Source: Bdellovibrio sp.
Lineage (GTDB): Bacteria; Bdellovibrionota; Bdellovibrionia; Bdellovibrionales; Bdellovibrionaceae
Assembly: GCA_043760925.1 (NCBI GenBank)
Contig: JAYUOK010000057.1
Span: forward strand, 14,939 to 78,938
Direction: 5' to 3'
DNA: 64,000 bases
This document shows positions 18,086 to 26,757 of this stretch, piece by piece. Position 1 is the first letter of the stretch. Every line of letters starts with the position of its first letter. Under the pieces are notes generated by a model. It saw nothing but the letters and a program-made list of their open reading frames with translations, searched no databases and was not told the DNA's origin. The position numbers and the translations under genes were made by a program.

Positions 18086-21083
18086 AATTGTATTTGCGAT
18101 AAGTCTTATACTGACCCTTGGGTGCGGTATTAAATTTGGTGAAAAAAATAAAGATGCAAACCAAACGGCGCAAGTCAAAAGCGCCCGTTGCTTAGATGAT
18201 TCGATCGCGGGTTTAAAATTATTCGTTAAAGGTGAAGCCAGCGATAAAAAAGTAGAAGAATCAGTTCTTTGTCTAAAGAATGTTTTCACCGCATTTAAAG
18301 AAAACATTCGGGGCCAAGAAAAAGAATCATTCACTTCAGATGAACTGAGCCAGTTTATCAAAGTGAACTTCTTAAAAGATGGAACTGAAATTACAAAAGA
18401 ATTCCAATTAGAAATAATGAAATTGAAAGTCGTCTTATTTGGCGGGACCGAAGCGATCATCCAGAAAAGCGAAATCGATCAAGTTGTTCTATTTATGGGC
18501 CGCTTAACAAATTCGTTAGTGAAGCTAAACCCCCACATGAAAATTATCAGCATGAATTGGGATTCAGTCGAAATCACTGAAGGGTCTGCAATTCGAAATT
18601 CGAAAGAAGGCCAGTTTTTACAAGCGAAAAAGGCATTCCAAGATTTTGTTATCACTTTCACCTCAGAGCTAAAACGCAATGATGCAGATTATGAAATCGA
18701 TGATCTCATTAATCTTGCTGTCGAAACTGCGAAATTCGCCAATAGTAAGTCAGATCTTATTAAAAATATTAAAATGCTGAAGCCCGTAGTGAAAAGGTTT
18801 AAGCGCAGCCTCATCGGCGGCAGTGATGCAATCAAAGGTTCCGAGTGGGACCGGCTTGGTCTAACCCTTGGCGAAGCTTATTTTCAAATGCTTCGGGTTA
18901 AATATTTCTTAAATCCTCTTAATGATAGTCGGAATGGCAACCCTGAAGAGGTGCGTGCTAAGCAATGGCAGATCTACAAAGAGATGGCCGTTGATGTCAG
19001 CCAGTTGTTTCAAAAGCTATTACTCGCTAAACAGAGCCAGTCTGTGGCCAATGCTGAATTAGCTGATATCATGGCTCCGCTTTCCGAAATATTTCCTCAA
19101 TTTCAGATCAATGAAGATTTGCTGTCAGGGATTAGTGATCTGAAGGTGATGTTACTAGGCCAAGGGGCAATGGGGCGGGAAGGCTGGACGCGTGCCGATT
19201 TAGTTAATCTAAATAAAAAAATCCCTATTCTGATGAAGAACCTGAGTGCAATTCTGAAAGTAGTAAATGAATTATCTAGCGAAAATGCATCACAAATTTC
19301 ATACGGGACTTTTAACCAATACGAAGTTCAGTTATTAACCGCCGCAGCAGAAATCAGTGATCTAGTAGAAGCCGGTTATGATTTAAGATCTTTGCAGCAG
19401 TTGTTAGAAAATTTAACGAAGACGATTCTGAAAGATGAACTTACATTGCCGGCAAACTTCATCCACGTGTTCAATGCCACCATTGCTGGTCAAACTTTAA
19501 TAACCGGCGAGAAAACCAGCCTGCTTTCTGCCAAAAATATGCAGCTGCTGATGAAGACGGGTTCTCGAGCTTTCTTAAATTTTCAAGAATACAATATGTA
19601 CTTGGCTAAGCTTTCTTCAAAAGATTTAGCCTTCAATGAAAACTCATTGCGACTTTGGCCAAAGTTAAGAAAAACTTTGACGGTGTCACTTAATCTAAAA
19701 AGCAGCCATGTGATCACAACCGAAGAAATTATTTCGTTCATTCAGGTCTTGCAGAATGAAAAGTTAATTGAAACTCATTTTCGTTCTGATAGTTTAAGTA
19801 AACTTTTAAACGCCGTATGGAGCCATTTATTAAATGATCCCGGTTCTCGGATTTCGACAAAAATGATTCATTCCGGGTTTAATTTACAAACCCTCGCGCA
19901 ACTTTCAAATGAAGTTGAAATCTACTTACAAAATCAAAAAAATATTTCGATTGTTTTCTCTTCGAATGGCCGAATTGAGAAGGGCTCCTTAATTAAGCTG
20001 TTATCAACAAAAATTGAATCTTCGACGATCAGTTCCGAAAAAATCGGTTTGACCGAGCTAAATCAATTTTTGCAGCAAAAGATTCCACTTAATTTCAACG
20101 AGCTTGGATATCTAAAAATTCTCACGAGCGATGTAGGAAATTATTCTTACCAGGATTTAGCGAAATCAAATTTAGCCCGGGCACTTTCCCGAATGATCAT
20201 ACGCGGGTACGCCGGCGATGCTGATCGCGCTCGTGACCTGACGGGGATCAATCTAGCTGAGGCTGAATTAATTTTTAGCCATTTTCGACCAGCCGCGATT
20301 GATCTTGATTTTCTGGAAGAATCTAATCTTACATTCATTCAATCACGGTTCAGAGAATCAAACCTTTTTCTGAGCCCTTCAAACGGTGATCAATTTGTTA
20401 ACTTTGCAGAAATGCACCAGTTGCTGTTGCATATATTTTCTGGAACGGCACGATCTAGCGATGTAAAAAATAAAATTAAACAAGAATGCTTACCGCAACT
20501 GACCACTCCGATCACTAGTCAAACTCCAGTCAACGAAGATTGCCTTCTTGAAGTCTACGCAAAAGAGCAAGCCGCTTTTCAAGATATGCCGCTGTTTTTA
20601 CAGATGAAAACTCAGTACACGGCCGAGCAAATGAAGGAATATTATTATTCATTACTTAAGGCGGCGGGGCATGTTCCGAATGCAGAAAAGGTCGTTTACT
20701 TCACGGATGTCGATTTATTTCCACACGTCATTCAGTACATCGAAATGCTTTACTCAGTTTACGATTTCAACCGTGATGGCTTTTTGCGAAAAGATGAAGC
20801 GTTCGCGGCTTTTCCGGTATTCAAAAGCTTGTTAGCGGAACTAGTTGCTTCGTTCAAACAAATCAAAGAAGAAGACCTTCAAGGCGTATTCATTTACATT
20901 TTGAAATACGGCCGACCGCCTAAAAAAGAAAGCATCGCAGAAGTTTTAAAATTTATCTCTTTCATCCGAGATAAAGAACAAAAAGGCTGGGATATTCAAA
21001 GTACGCGCCTCGAGCTAGGAAAGATTTTTAACTTTATTGCGGATGCAACGAAGCCTACGGCTCCGGTTGTTCCGCAGCCGTAA
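18075..21083 (+). CDS. Very large (about 1000 aa) helical lipoprotein with an EF-hand-like loop, module A (paralog of 29196..31580)
   Basis: ATG 18075 follows GGAG (18065-18068) and gives MSIKIVFAISLILTLGC (lipobox). It overlaps the upstream stop by 11 nt. EF-like loop DFNRDGFLRKDE (20763-20798). N- and C-terminal regions align with the paralog. Confidence 0.85.
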   Translation: MSIKIVFAISLILTLGCGIKFGEKNKDANQTAQVKSARCLDDSIAGLKLFVKGEASDKKVEESVLCLKNVFTAFKENIRGQEKESFTSDELSQFIKVNFLKDGTEITKEFQLEIMKLKVVLFGGTEAIIQKSEIDQVVLFMGRLTNSLVKLNPHMKIISMNWDSVEITEGSAIRNSKEGQFLQAKKAFQDFVITFTSELKRNDADYEIDDLINLAVETAKFANSKSDLIKNIKMLKPVVKRFKRSLIGGSDAIKGSEWDRLGLTLGEAYFQMLRVKYFLNPLNDSRNGNPEEVRAKQWQIYKEMAVDVSQLFQKLLLAKQSQSVANAELADIMAPLSEIFPQFQINEDLLSGISDLKVMLLGQGAMGREGWTRADLVNLNKKIPILMKNLSAILKVVNELSSENASQISYGTFNQYEVQLLTAAAEISDLVEAGYDLRSLQQLLENLTKTILKDELTLPANFIHVFNATIAGQTLITGEKTSLLSAKNMQLLMKTGSRAFLNFQEYNMYLAKLSSKDLAFNENSLRLWPKLRKTLTVSLNLKSSHVITTEEIISFIQVLQNEKLIETHFRSDSLSKLLNAVWSHLLNDPGSRISTKMIHSGFNLQTLAQLSNEVEIYLQNQKNISIVFSSNGRIEKGSLIKLLSTKIESSTISSEKIGLTELNQFLQQKIPLNFNELGYLKILTSDVGNYSYQDLAKSNLARALSRMIIRGYAGDADRARDLTGINLAEAELIFSHFRPAAIDLDFLEESNLTFIQSRFRESNLFLSPSNGDQFVNFAEMHQLLLHIFSGTARSSDVKNKIKQECLPQLTTPITSQTPVNEDCLLEVYAKEQAAFQDMPLFLQMKTQYTAEQMKEYYYSLLKAAGHVPNAEKVVYFTDVDLFPHVIQYIEMLYSVYDFNRDGFLRKDEAFAAFPVFKSLLAELVASFKQIKEEDLQGVFIYILKYGRPPKKESIAEVLKFISFIRDKEQKGWDIQSTRLELGKIFNFIADATKPTAPVVPQP

Positions 21084-21130
21084 TTCATATAGTTAAATTT
21101 TCTTATTACGATTTATATTAATACTTAGTC

Positions 21131-21667
21131 TTAAAACTTATTTTTAAACATCATCGACTCAACAGGTAGAGTCGTGCGGGTGTTGTACTTTGCGCCCGGT
21201 TTTTTATTGTACATGTTTTCAATGTCGCCTTTGGTTTCAAAATAAATCAGCTGGCCAATTGGCATTCCGCCGTAGACACGAACGGGCTGTTTAACTGAAA
21301 TCTCTAAAGTCCAATGATTGCAAAATCCAACATCACCCTTACCGGCCGTCGCGTGGATATCAATTCCTAAACGGCCAACGCTTGATTTTCCTTCTAGGAA
21401 GGGAACATGGGCTAGGGTTTCGGTATATTCTTCCGTGACGCCCAGATAGAACTTATCTGGCATCAATACATAACCCTCTTCAGGGATATCGAAAGTTTTA
21501 ATTTTATTGTGAGCTTTTGCATCTAAGATATCAGACTCGTAAGTCGCTAGAGTTTTGCTTAGGTGCACATCATATGAATTCGTGCCCAAGCACGATAAAA
21601 GAAAAGGCTCTACTTTAATAAGCCCTTTTTCCATGTGGTTCAGAATTTCTTTATCCGTAAGAATCAT
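21131..21667 (-). CDS. dcd: dCTP deaminase
   Basis: 178 aa. MILTDKEILNHMEKGLI...GTNSYDVHL...GKSSVGRLGI is typical of Dcd/dUTPase-fold trimers. Lies 8 nt downstream of rpmG. Confidence 0.88.
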   Translation of the reverse strand: MILTDKEILNHMEKGLIKVEPFLLSCLGTNSYDVHLSKTLATYESDILDAKAHNKIKTFDIPEEGYVLMPDKFYLGVTEEYTETLAHVPFLEGKSSVGRLGIDIHATAGKGDVGFCNHWTLEISVKQPVRVYGGMPIGQLIYFETKGDIENMYNKKPGAKYNTRTTLPVESMMFKNKF

Positions 21668-21675
21668 GAAAAAAA

Positions 21676-21855
21676 CTACTTAGTTTCGCGATGAACAGTG
21701 TGTTTTTGCATGTTCGGGTTGTACTTCTTTTTTTCAAGACGACCCGGAGTTTTAGTTTTATTCTTAGTTGTTGTATAACGAGAAACTGGTTTGCCTGCAG
21801 CTTTTGCTTCAGTGCACTCAAGAGTTACTATGATACGACCCGATTTTTTTGCCAT
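21676..21855 (-). CDS. rpmG: 50S ribosomal protein L33 (Cys-less 'C-minus' form)
   Basis: [67 protein letters not shown] before ATG 21855. The CxxC pairs of Zn-binding L33 are absent. Confidence 0.9.
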   Translation of the reverse strand: MAKKSGRIIVTLECTEAKAAGKPVSRYTTTKNKTKTPGRLEKKKYNPNMQKHTVHRETK

Positions 21856-21939
21856 AAGACACCTCAATAATGAAAGAACGAATATAAGTAAGTTTACAGC
21901 GCCTAGTCAATGGAATATACATAAGACCGGGGGTTCATC

Positions 21940-22794
21940 ATGCGTAAATCTGGTATTGTGCTATTTATAACAACAATTCTTTGTGTTTTCACCTTAAATG
22001 CTCAAATTTACCGGGGTGATGGCGTCAATCAGGCAGATCTTGAAGCAGCACTAGCCGGGGTTCAGCCGGGGACGATCGTTATCTTGGGCGAAAGCCATGG
22101 CGTCACCGCGCATCGAGATCAGCACATAGAAATTCTAACCCAGCTTCGCAAGCAAGGGTTGAAAGTTTCAGTCGGACTTGAGTTTCTAAATTACCCCGAT
22201 CAGACATTTTTAGACCAATTTCGATATCAAGAAATCGATGAGGCCACCTTTTTAAGTATTGTGGGGTGGAAGGGATTATCATTTGATTTCTACCGCGATC
22301 AAATTCTATTTCCGAATGTGATGGCAGGTGAGTTCTCATTAGCATTAAATTTACCTCGGTCAATCAGCTCTAAACTTTCTAAACAGGGTTTAGAAAGTTT
22401 AACTGAAGATGAATGGAAGATCATGCCACCGAACTTTAGTGTTGGTCGCGATTCATACAAAGAGCGTTTTGCCGCGGCGGCGGGCGCACATTGTCCAAGT
22501 TTAGATCGGTGCTTTGCTGCGCAGTCAGCTTGGGATGATACGATGGCATGGCAAGCGGCGCAGTTTATTCAGCGTCAACCCGCGCAAGTGCTAGTCATCG
22601 TCGTTGGTGAATTTCATGCACAGTTCGGTGGAGGATTAGCGGATCGAATTCGCGCAAGAAACAGCGAAATACCAATTCTTACTTTTTCGCAAATTTGGGC
22701 TGAAGGATTAACGGACGAAGAAATTCAGAATGAGCTAAAGCCTTCTGTGGTTGAAGGACCCCGTGCTGATTTTATTTGGCTTTCTAAACCGTAA
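21940..22794 (+). CDS. ChaN-family (Tiki/TraB/ChaN superfamily) secreted protein
   Basis: Signal peptide. The paired GExH blocks ILGESHGV and VVGEFHAQFGGG are typical of ChaN-like haem/iron-associated proteins. Confidence 0.68.
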   Translation: MRKSGIVLFITTILCVFTLNAQIYRGDGVNQADLEAALAGVQPGTIVILGESHGVTAHRDQHIEILTQLRKQGLKVSVGLEFLNYPDQTFLDQFRYQEIDEATFLSIVGWKGLSFDFYRDQILFPNVMAGEFSLALNLPRSISSKLSKQGLESLTEDEWKIMPPNFSVGRDSYKERFAAAAGAHCPSLDRCFAAQSAWDDTMAWQAAQFIQRQPAQVLVIVVGEFHAQFGGGLADRIRARNSEIPILTFSQIWAEGLTDEEIQNELKPSVVEGPRADFIWLSKP

Positions 22795-23409
22795 TTATTT
22801 AATCTGACTGATAAAATCGTATCCGCGCTTATTTAAGATCGCATCGATGACCGCGGTGGCTTTTTTCATCTTCGTGAAAAAATCATTTTCTGGTGTAATG
22901 ATGATTCGCTGTGGGTGGCCTTCCCAGCTTCGTTTTACTTTTTCGTTTAACAATTGAGCCTCATGGAAGTCTTCGGTGCGAATTTCATTCGACATATCGT
23001 AATCAGGCTCGGTCGCTGTATCTAGATGGATAATCCAGTCGTAGCGGGCTAATTCTTTTTCGCGCGTTGTGTTTAGCGTTTTATAGAAGTGTTCTTCGGT
23101 GTCGGGCCAATAGGCTAATGAATCTAAAGAACCTCGGTCGCAGACGATTAATGCCTCGGGATTTGTTTTACAGCGCAATTCTTCAAGTTCTCTTTGCGTG
23201 GCAAAGATAGCCATTTGGGCATGGAAAAAACCGTCGTAACTTTTGACTCGGGGGAAGCCGCCTTTGTATAGAATGGATGCGGCTTCGGGTACGACTTTTA
23301 CTTTTTGGTTGAACTCTTTTTTCAGCGCATCGATCAAAGTTGTTTTTCCACCGGACGGCCCGCCGGTGATTGCAATTTTAAGTGTTTTCGCTCGGGGCTC
23401 GTTCGTCAT
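22795..23409 (-). CDS. Small P-loop NTPase (AAA_28 / NadR-like kinase family)
   Basis: Walker A IAITGGPSGGKTTL. About 200 aa. ATG 23409 is coupled to the upstream stop (TAATG); the track's GTG 23421 is less likely. Confidence 0.75.
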   Translation of the reverse strand: MTNEPRAKTLKIAITGGPSGGKTTLIDALKKEFNQKVKVVPEAASILYKGGFPRVKSYDGFFHAQMAIFATQRELEELRCKTNPEALIVCDRGSLDSLAYWPDTEEHFYKTLNTTREKELARYDWIIHLDTATEPDYDMSNEIRTEDFHEAQLLNEKVKRSWEGHPQRIIITPENDFFTKMKKATAVIDAILNKRGYDFISQIK

Positions 23410-24704
23410 TAAACCAAACACTCGGTTACGACATCATGACCAATCCAGGCGACGGGTTGTTTGGGTTCGTAACCATCATGAAGCATGATATATCCACAGG
23501 CTCTGAATATAAGTTCGCTTAAACTTGCCGTCATCAATTTTTTTTCGTCAGCGTGAAGCGCGATGATATCGTCTGAAGCTTTGAGCGTCATTCCTAACTG
23601 TTCTTTGGTTGAATGCTGGGGCCAATCTTCGATCTGCCCCATTTTTTTGGTCACGGGCGAAGTTAACAACTGGTCCACTAATTTATAGACATCTGGTAAC
23701 GTCACGCCTTCTTTTAGGAGTGTATTGCATTCGGCCGATATTTTTTTAGTAACCGGGTGCCCAGGATATTTTTTTTCTATGTATCTGACCAAGTTATATA
23801 ATGGAATTTCTAAACCCTGAAACAGTGAGCTTGAGTTGGTTAAAATTTCAGGACAATTATACACACAACAGTTCACGCCTTTTTTTGTCCACGCAGTTGA
23901 GTAGTCTTCTAAAGACATCTTTGCCCAAGCCTGCAGGTAAGGAGCGTAACCTTGCCACTTTAAATCATTACCGACTAAGGTTTCAGTTCCGTGGTAGCCG
24001 TAAGCAACATAACTAACGTGCCCATTCTGTGATTTGATCTTTTCTCGCAAAGCGGTTGATTCTTCGATGAGGATATTAAAAGTCTCTGCCGTCACTTCAT
24101 GAAAGCTTGGTTCTAATACTTTACCCAAATCACTTTTCCAAAAAGTTTCGGATAATATAAATCGATCGCCAACACCTTTAAAAACCTTATTCATCACGGG
24201 CATGACGATCTTGCAGCGGGGAACGCCGCCGGCCATTAAGTGAGCGAAGTGAACTTGTCGGCCTGGCTGAATAAAAGTTTCAAGTTCTTTTAAAAAACTT
24301 TGTGTTTGTTTGCGAAAACGTTCTCGGCCTTTTTTCTGGCTGACGATTAAACTTTCTGCGGGCACTCTGGCTGATTGCCAATCGTTTAGCTTTACGTCCT
24401 TTAAATAATCCACGGGTGTTTTACCATGATCATCGGGCTCAAGATCAAAGCCAGCCTCAAGCGGTACATTAATAAAAGGTTTTGGGATTAATTCGGTTTC
24501 AGCCGCAGTCAGTGGGCGTAGTTTGCCGTTTTCATCACGACGACCAACCGTTGCGCGTACGACGGTTATTCCGCATTTTTCAGCTTCTTCAACAAGTCCG
24601 TTGGCATAGCCACGGCTGAAAAGTTCTCCAAATAGAACAAGTAAATCGCCTTTCTGGAACGGGCGAGTGGTGGGCTTTTTTCGAATCGGTGTGTACGCAG
24701 TCAT
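23409..24704 (-). CDS. Divergent FabV/TER (trans-2-enoyl reductase)-like protein; function uncertain
   Basis: Robust 431-aa ORF with AAGGA SD. Blocks resemble FabV/TER as I remember them: FAHLMAGGVPR (cf. VYSLASPVR), VAYGYHGTE (cf. VAYSYIGTE), a Y-x8-K spacing in YAPYLQAWAK, and ILTNSSS...IPLYNLV..KKYPGHP (cf. VTxASSAIPVxPLY...K..G.HEG). The Gly-rich dinucleotide motif is degenerate. Confidence 0.45.
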   Translation of the reverse strand: MTAYTPIRKKPTTRPFQKGDLLVLFGELFSRGYANGLVEEAEKCGITVVRATVGRRDENGKLRPLTAAETELIPKPFINVPLEAGFDLEPDDHGKTPVDYLKDVKLNDWQSARVPAESLIVSQKKGRERFRKQTQSFLKELETFIQPGRQVHFAHLMAGGVPRCKIVMPVMNKVFKGVGDRFILSETFWKSDLGKVLEPSFHEVTAETFNILIEESTALREKIKSQNGHVSYVAYGYHGTETLVGNDLKWQGYAPYLQAWAKMSLEDYSTAWTKKGVNCCVYNCPEILTNSSSLFQGLEIPLYNLVRYIEKKYPGHPVTKKISAECNTLLKEGVTLPDVYKLVDQLLTSPVTKKMGQIEDWPQHSTKEQLGMTLKASDDIIALHADEKKLMTASLSELIFRACGYIMLHDGYEPKQPVAWIGHDVVTECLV

Positions 24705-24782
24705 GTAGTATCCTTATTTTTGCAAAGCTTAACCTGACAGAGCTTCTTGACTCAACTAACACTCCTTTGACACGATCAGTTG

Positions 24783-25529
24783 ATGAAGCCCACGCGCCAA
24801 AATAGCCGAGTAATCAGCCTTGTTCCCTCGTGGACCGAAACATTTTTGGCGGCCGGAATCAATATTGTGGGGAAGACCCACTTTTGCATCCATCCAGATG
24901 ATAAAATTTCAAGCATTCCAAGCGTCGGTGGAACAAAAAACCTTCATATGGAAGCGATCATGAACTTGCGTCCTGATTATGTGATCTTGGATGAACAAGA
25001 AAACAAATTAGAAATGGCCGAGCAGTTGAGGGCGAACAGCATAAAAATTTTAACTTCGAACGTTACAGATTTTGATTCGGTCATTCAATTTTTACAAAGT
25101 ATGGCAGACATTCTGGATGAAAGTAAATTGAACGAATTTGCTGAGCGATATAAATCGGTCATCGGGCGAGATCAAATCAGCACAGAAAAATTTTGGGCTC
25201 AAATTTTACTAAAAGGTGATGTTCCCGATGCAAAATCAGCTATTGACTATGTGATTTGGAAAGATCCCTTTATGGTGATTGGTCAAAATACATTTATTGC
25301 AAATAATTTGAAATTAGTGGGATTCAATCTAGATCGAAGCGAGAAGTATCCTGAAGTCGCTGAAACTGAATTACGGCAGCGCTTTTGCCTGTTTTCAAGT
25401 GAACCTTACCGCTTTGACCGGAAGTTCGAAAAAATGATCTTAAGTGGGTTTCAAGGCGCACTGGTCGACGGTGAAAAGCTAAGCTGGTACGGCATTAGAA
25501 ATCTTTGTTTTTTAGAATCGTGTTTATAA
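24783..25529 (+). CDS. BtuF/TroA-like 'helical backbone metal receptor' protein without an obvious signal peptide
   Basis: VISLVPSWTETFLAAGINIVGKTHFC...IPSVGGTKNLHMEAIMNLRPDYVILDEQ matches the class III periplasmic-binding-protein pattern. The N-terminus MKPTRQNSRVISL has no hydrophobic leader. Confidence 0.65.
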   Translation: MKPTRQNSRVISLVPSWTETFLAAGINIVGKTHFCIHPDDKISSIPSVGGTKNLHMEAIMNLRPDYVILDEQENKLEMAEQLRANSIKILTSNVTDFDSVIQFLQSMADILDESKLNEFAERYKSVIGRDQISTEKFWAQILLKGDVPDAKSAIDYVIWKDPFMVIGQNTFIANNLKLVGFNLDRSEKYPEVAETELRQRFCLFSSEPYRFDRKFEKMILSGFQGALVDGEKLSWYGIRNLCFLESCL

Positions 25530-26757
25530 TCGTATTTAAAATTTTAAGCGTTGAGTTTTTTTGCGTCTGCATGACTGATTTAATCTTTTCTTTTAACTGA
25601 TTAGATAAACCATCAGGGGCGTCTTTCATTGCGGTTTCAATCTCAGCTATTGCCCGAAGTAAGTCAGACTGACATTGCGTCACGTAAATTATTTGCGGAT
25701 CGCGTAAGTCTTTGAAGCGAACAGCTTCAGGATTATTTTGATGGTAAGGCCCTAGCAAAACGGGAAGCCCGCAGCAAAGTGGCTCCATGACTGAATGAAC
25801 TTTCTCTTTGAAAGAACCGCCAACGAAAGCAATTTCGCCGTAGCGATAAAGATCTGCTAAATAGCCAATTTGATCGACGACTAAAATATCTGATGTAAAC
25901 TGTAAAGTTGATGAAGGTGCTTCAGAAAGAAGCTGGTGGGAATAATTTTGGCTGGAAATAACTTTTAGAATTCTTTGAATATTTGGCAGCGCCACTTCGT
26001 GAGGGCTCCAAATGATTTGATATTTCTTAGTCAATTCACGAAAAACGGGCAGAAGGTGAGCCTCGTCTTCTGGCCAGGTCGATCCGCAAATAAATATTGG
26101 ACGCTTATTTAAAACTTGTACTTTCGAGCTTTGTTCAAGGCGCCAAAAAACTTGGTCAAACCGCGTATCGCCATCCCTGGTCACCAATGTTTCAGGTGAC
26201 AAAATTTCACGTAGTTGCTGTACTTGGGCTTCTTCAACGCAAGAAATGAAGCTTACGTTTTTAAATAACCAGCGGTGCATCCACTTTTTAATCACGGTCA
26301 ATTCTCCAAAAAAAGACACAATGCAAATTGGGATTTTTGCATCGCCAGCCTGCTGTAAAAATTCAGGCCAAAAATCTGTTCTTGAAAAAATAATAAGTCG
26401 CGGATTAATTAAGCGGATTAGATTCTTAATTGCTCTTGGTTCATCCCAAGGCAGCGGAAAAAATTCATCGACGAATGGTTTAATATTGTTAAATAGTTTT
26501 TCGGCTGAAGGCGATGAATAGGTCACAACGATCTGCGCCTGGGGATTCGTTTTTTTAATATGGATAATGAGGGATTTAACATACTCAATTTCGCCGCTTG
26601 CCGCGTGAAACCAATAACTATCTTTCAAAGGTTGAAGTGCCTTTAAATTTCGTGACCTTAACGCAATCCAGGCTTGCATCTTTATACCTAAAAAAGGTTT
26701 AAGAACGATGACGAATGCTTTTAAAAGAAGATAAAAAAATCGGTAAATATAAATCAT
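25495..26757 (-). CDS. waaA: 3-deoxy-D-manno-octulosonic acid (Kdo) transferase
   Basis: N-terminal anchor, WFHAASGEIEY (cf. WxHxxSxGE), and a GT-B C-terminal half with FVGGSF...GHN-like region. Start ATG 26757 or GTG 26760 overlaps the upstream TGA. Confidence 0.85.
   Translation of the reverse strand: MIYIYRFFYLLLKAFVIVLKPFLGIKMQAWIALRSRNLKALQPLKDSYWFHAASGEIEYVKSLIIHIKKTNPQAQIVVTYSSPSAEKLFNNIKPFVDEFFPLPWDEPRAIKNLIRLINPRLIIFSRTDFWPEFLQQAGDAKIPICIVSFFGELTVIKKWMHRWLFKNVSFISCVEEAQVQQLREILSPETLVTRDGDTRFDQVFWRLEQSSKVQVLNKRPIFICGSTWPEDEAHLLPVFRELTKKYQIIWSPHEVALPNIQRILKVISSQNYSHQLLSEAPSSTLQFTSDILVVDQIGYLADLYRYGEIAFVGGSFKEKVHSVMEPLCCGLPVLLGPYHQNNPEAVRFKDLRDPQIIYVTQCQSDLLRAIAEIETAMKDAPDGLSNQLKEKIKSVMQTQKNSTLKILNTIINTILKNKDF

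Noticed and set aside
17984-18460. 158-aa minus-strand ORF across the barrel/lipoprotein junction of module A
   Set aside because: It is the longest antisense ORF in the window, but it has no SD, no recognisable motif and unremarkable composition. Module B has no counterpart at the equivalent position, and a real overlapping gene would be expected to be conserved in the paralog.
21868-21895. Fur-box-like AT-rich stretch (AATAATGAAAGAACGAATAT) upstream of the ChaN-family gene
   Set aside because: It has no dyad symmetry and matches neither the classical 19-bp Fur box nor the 7-1-7 palindrome found at 5135-5153.
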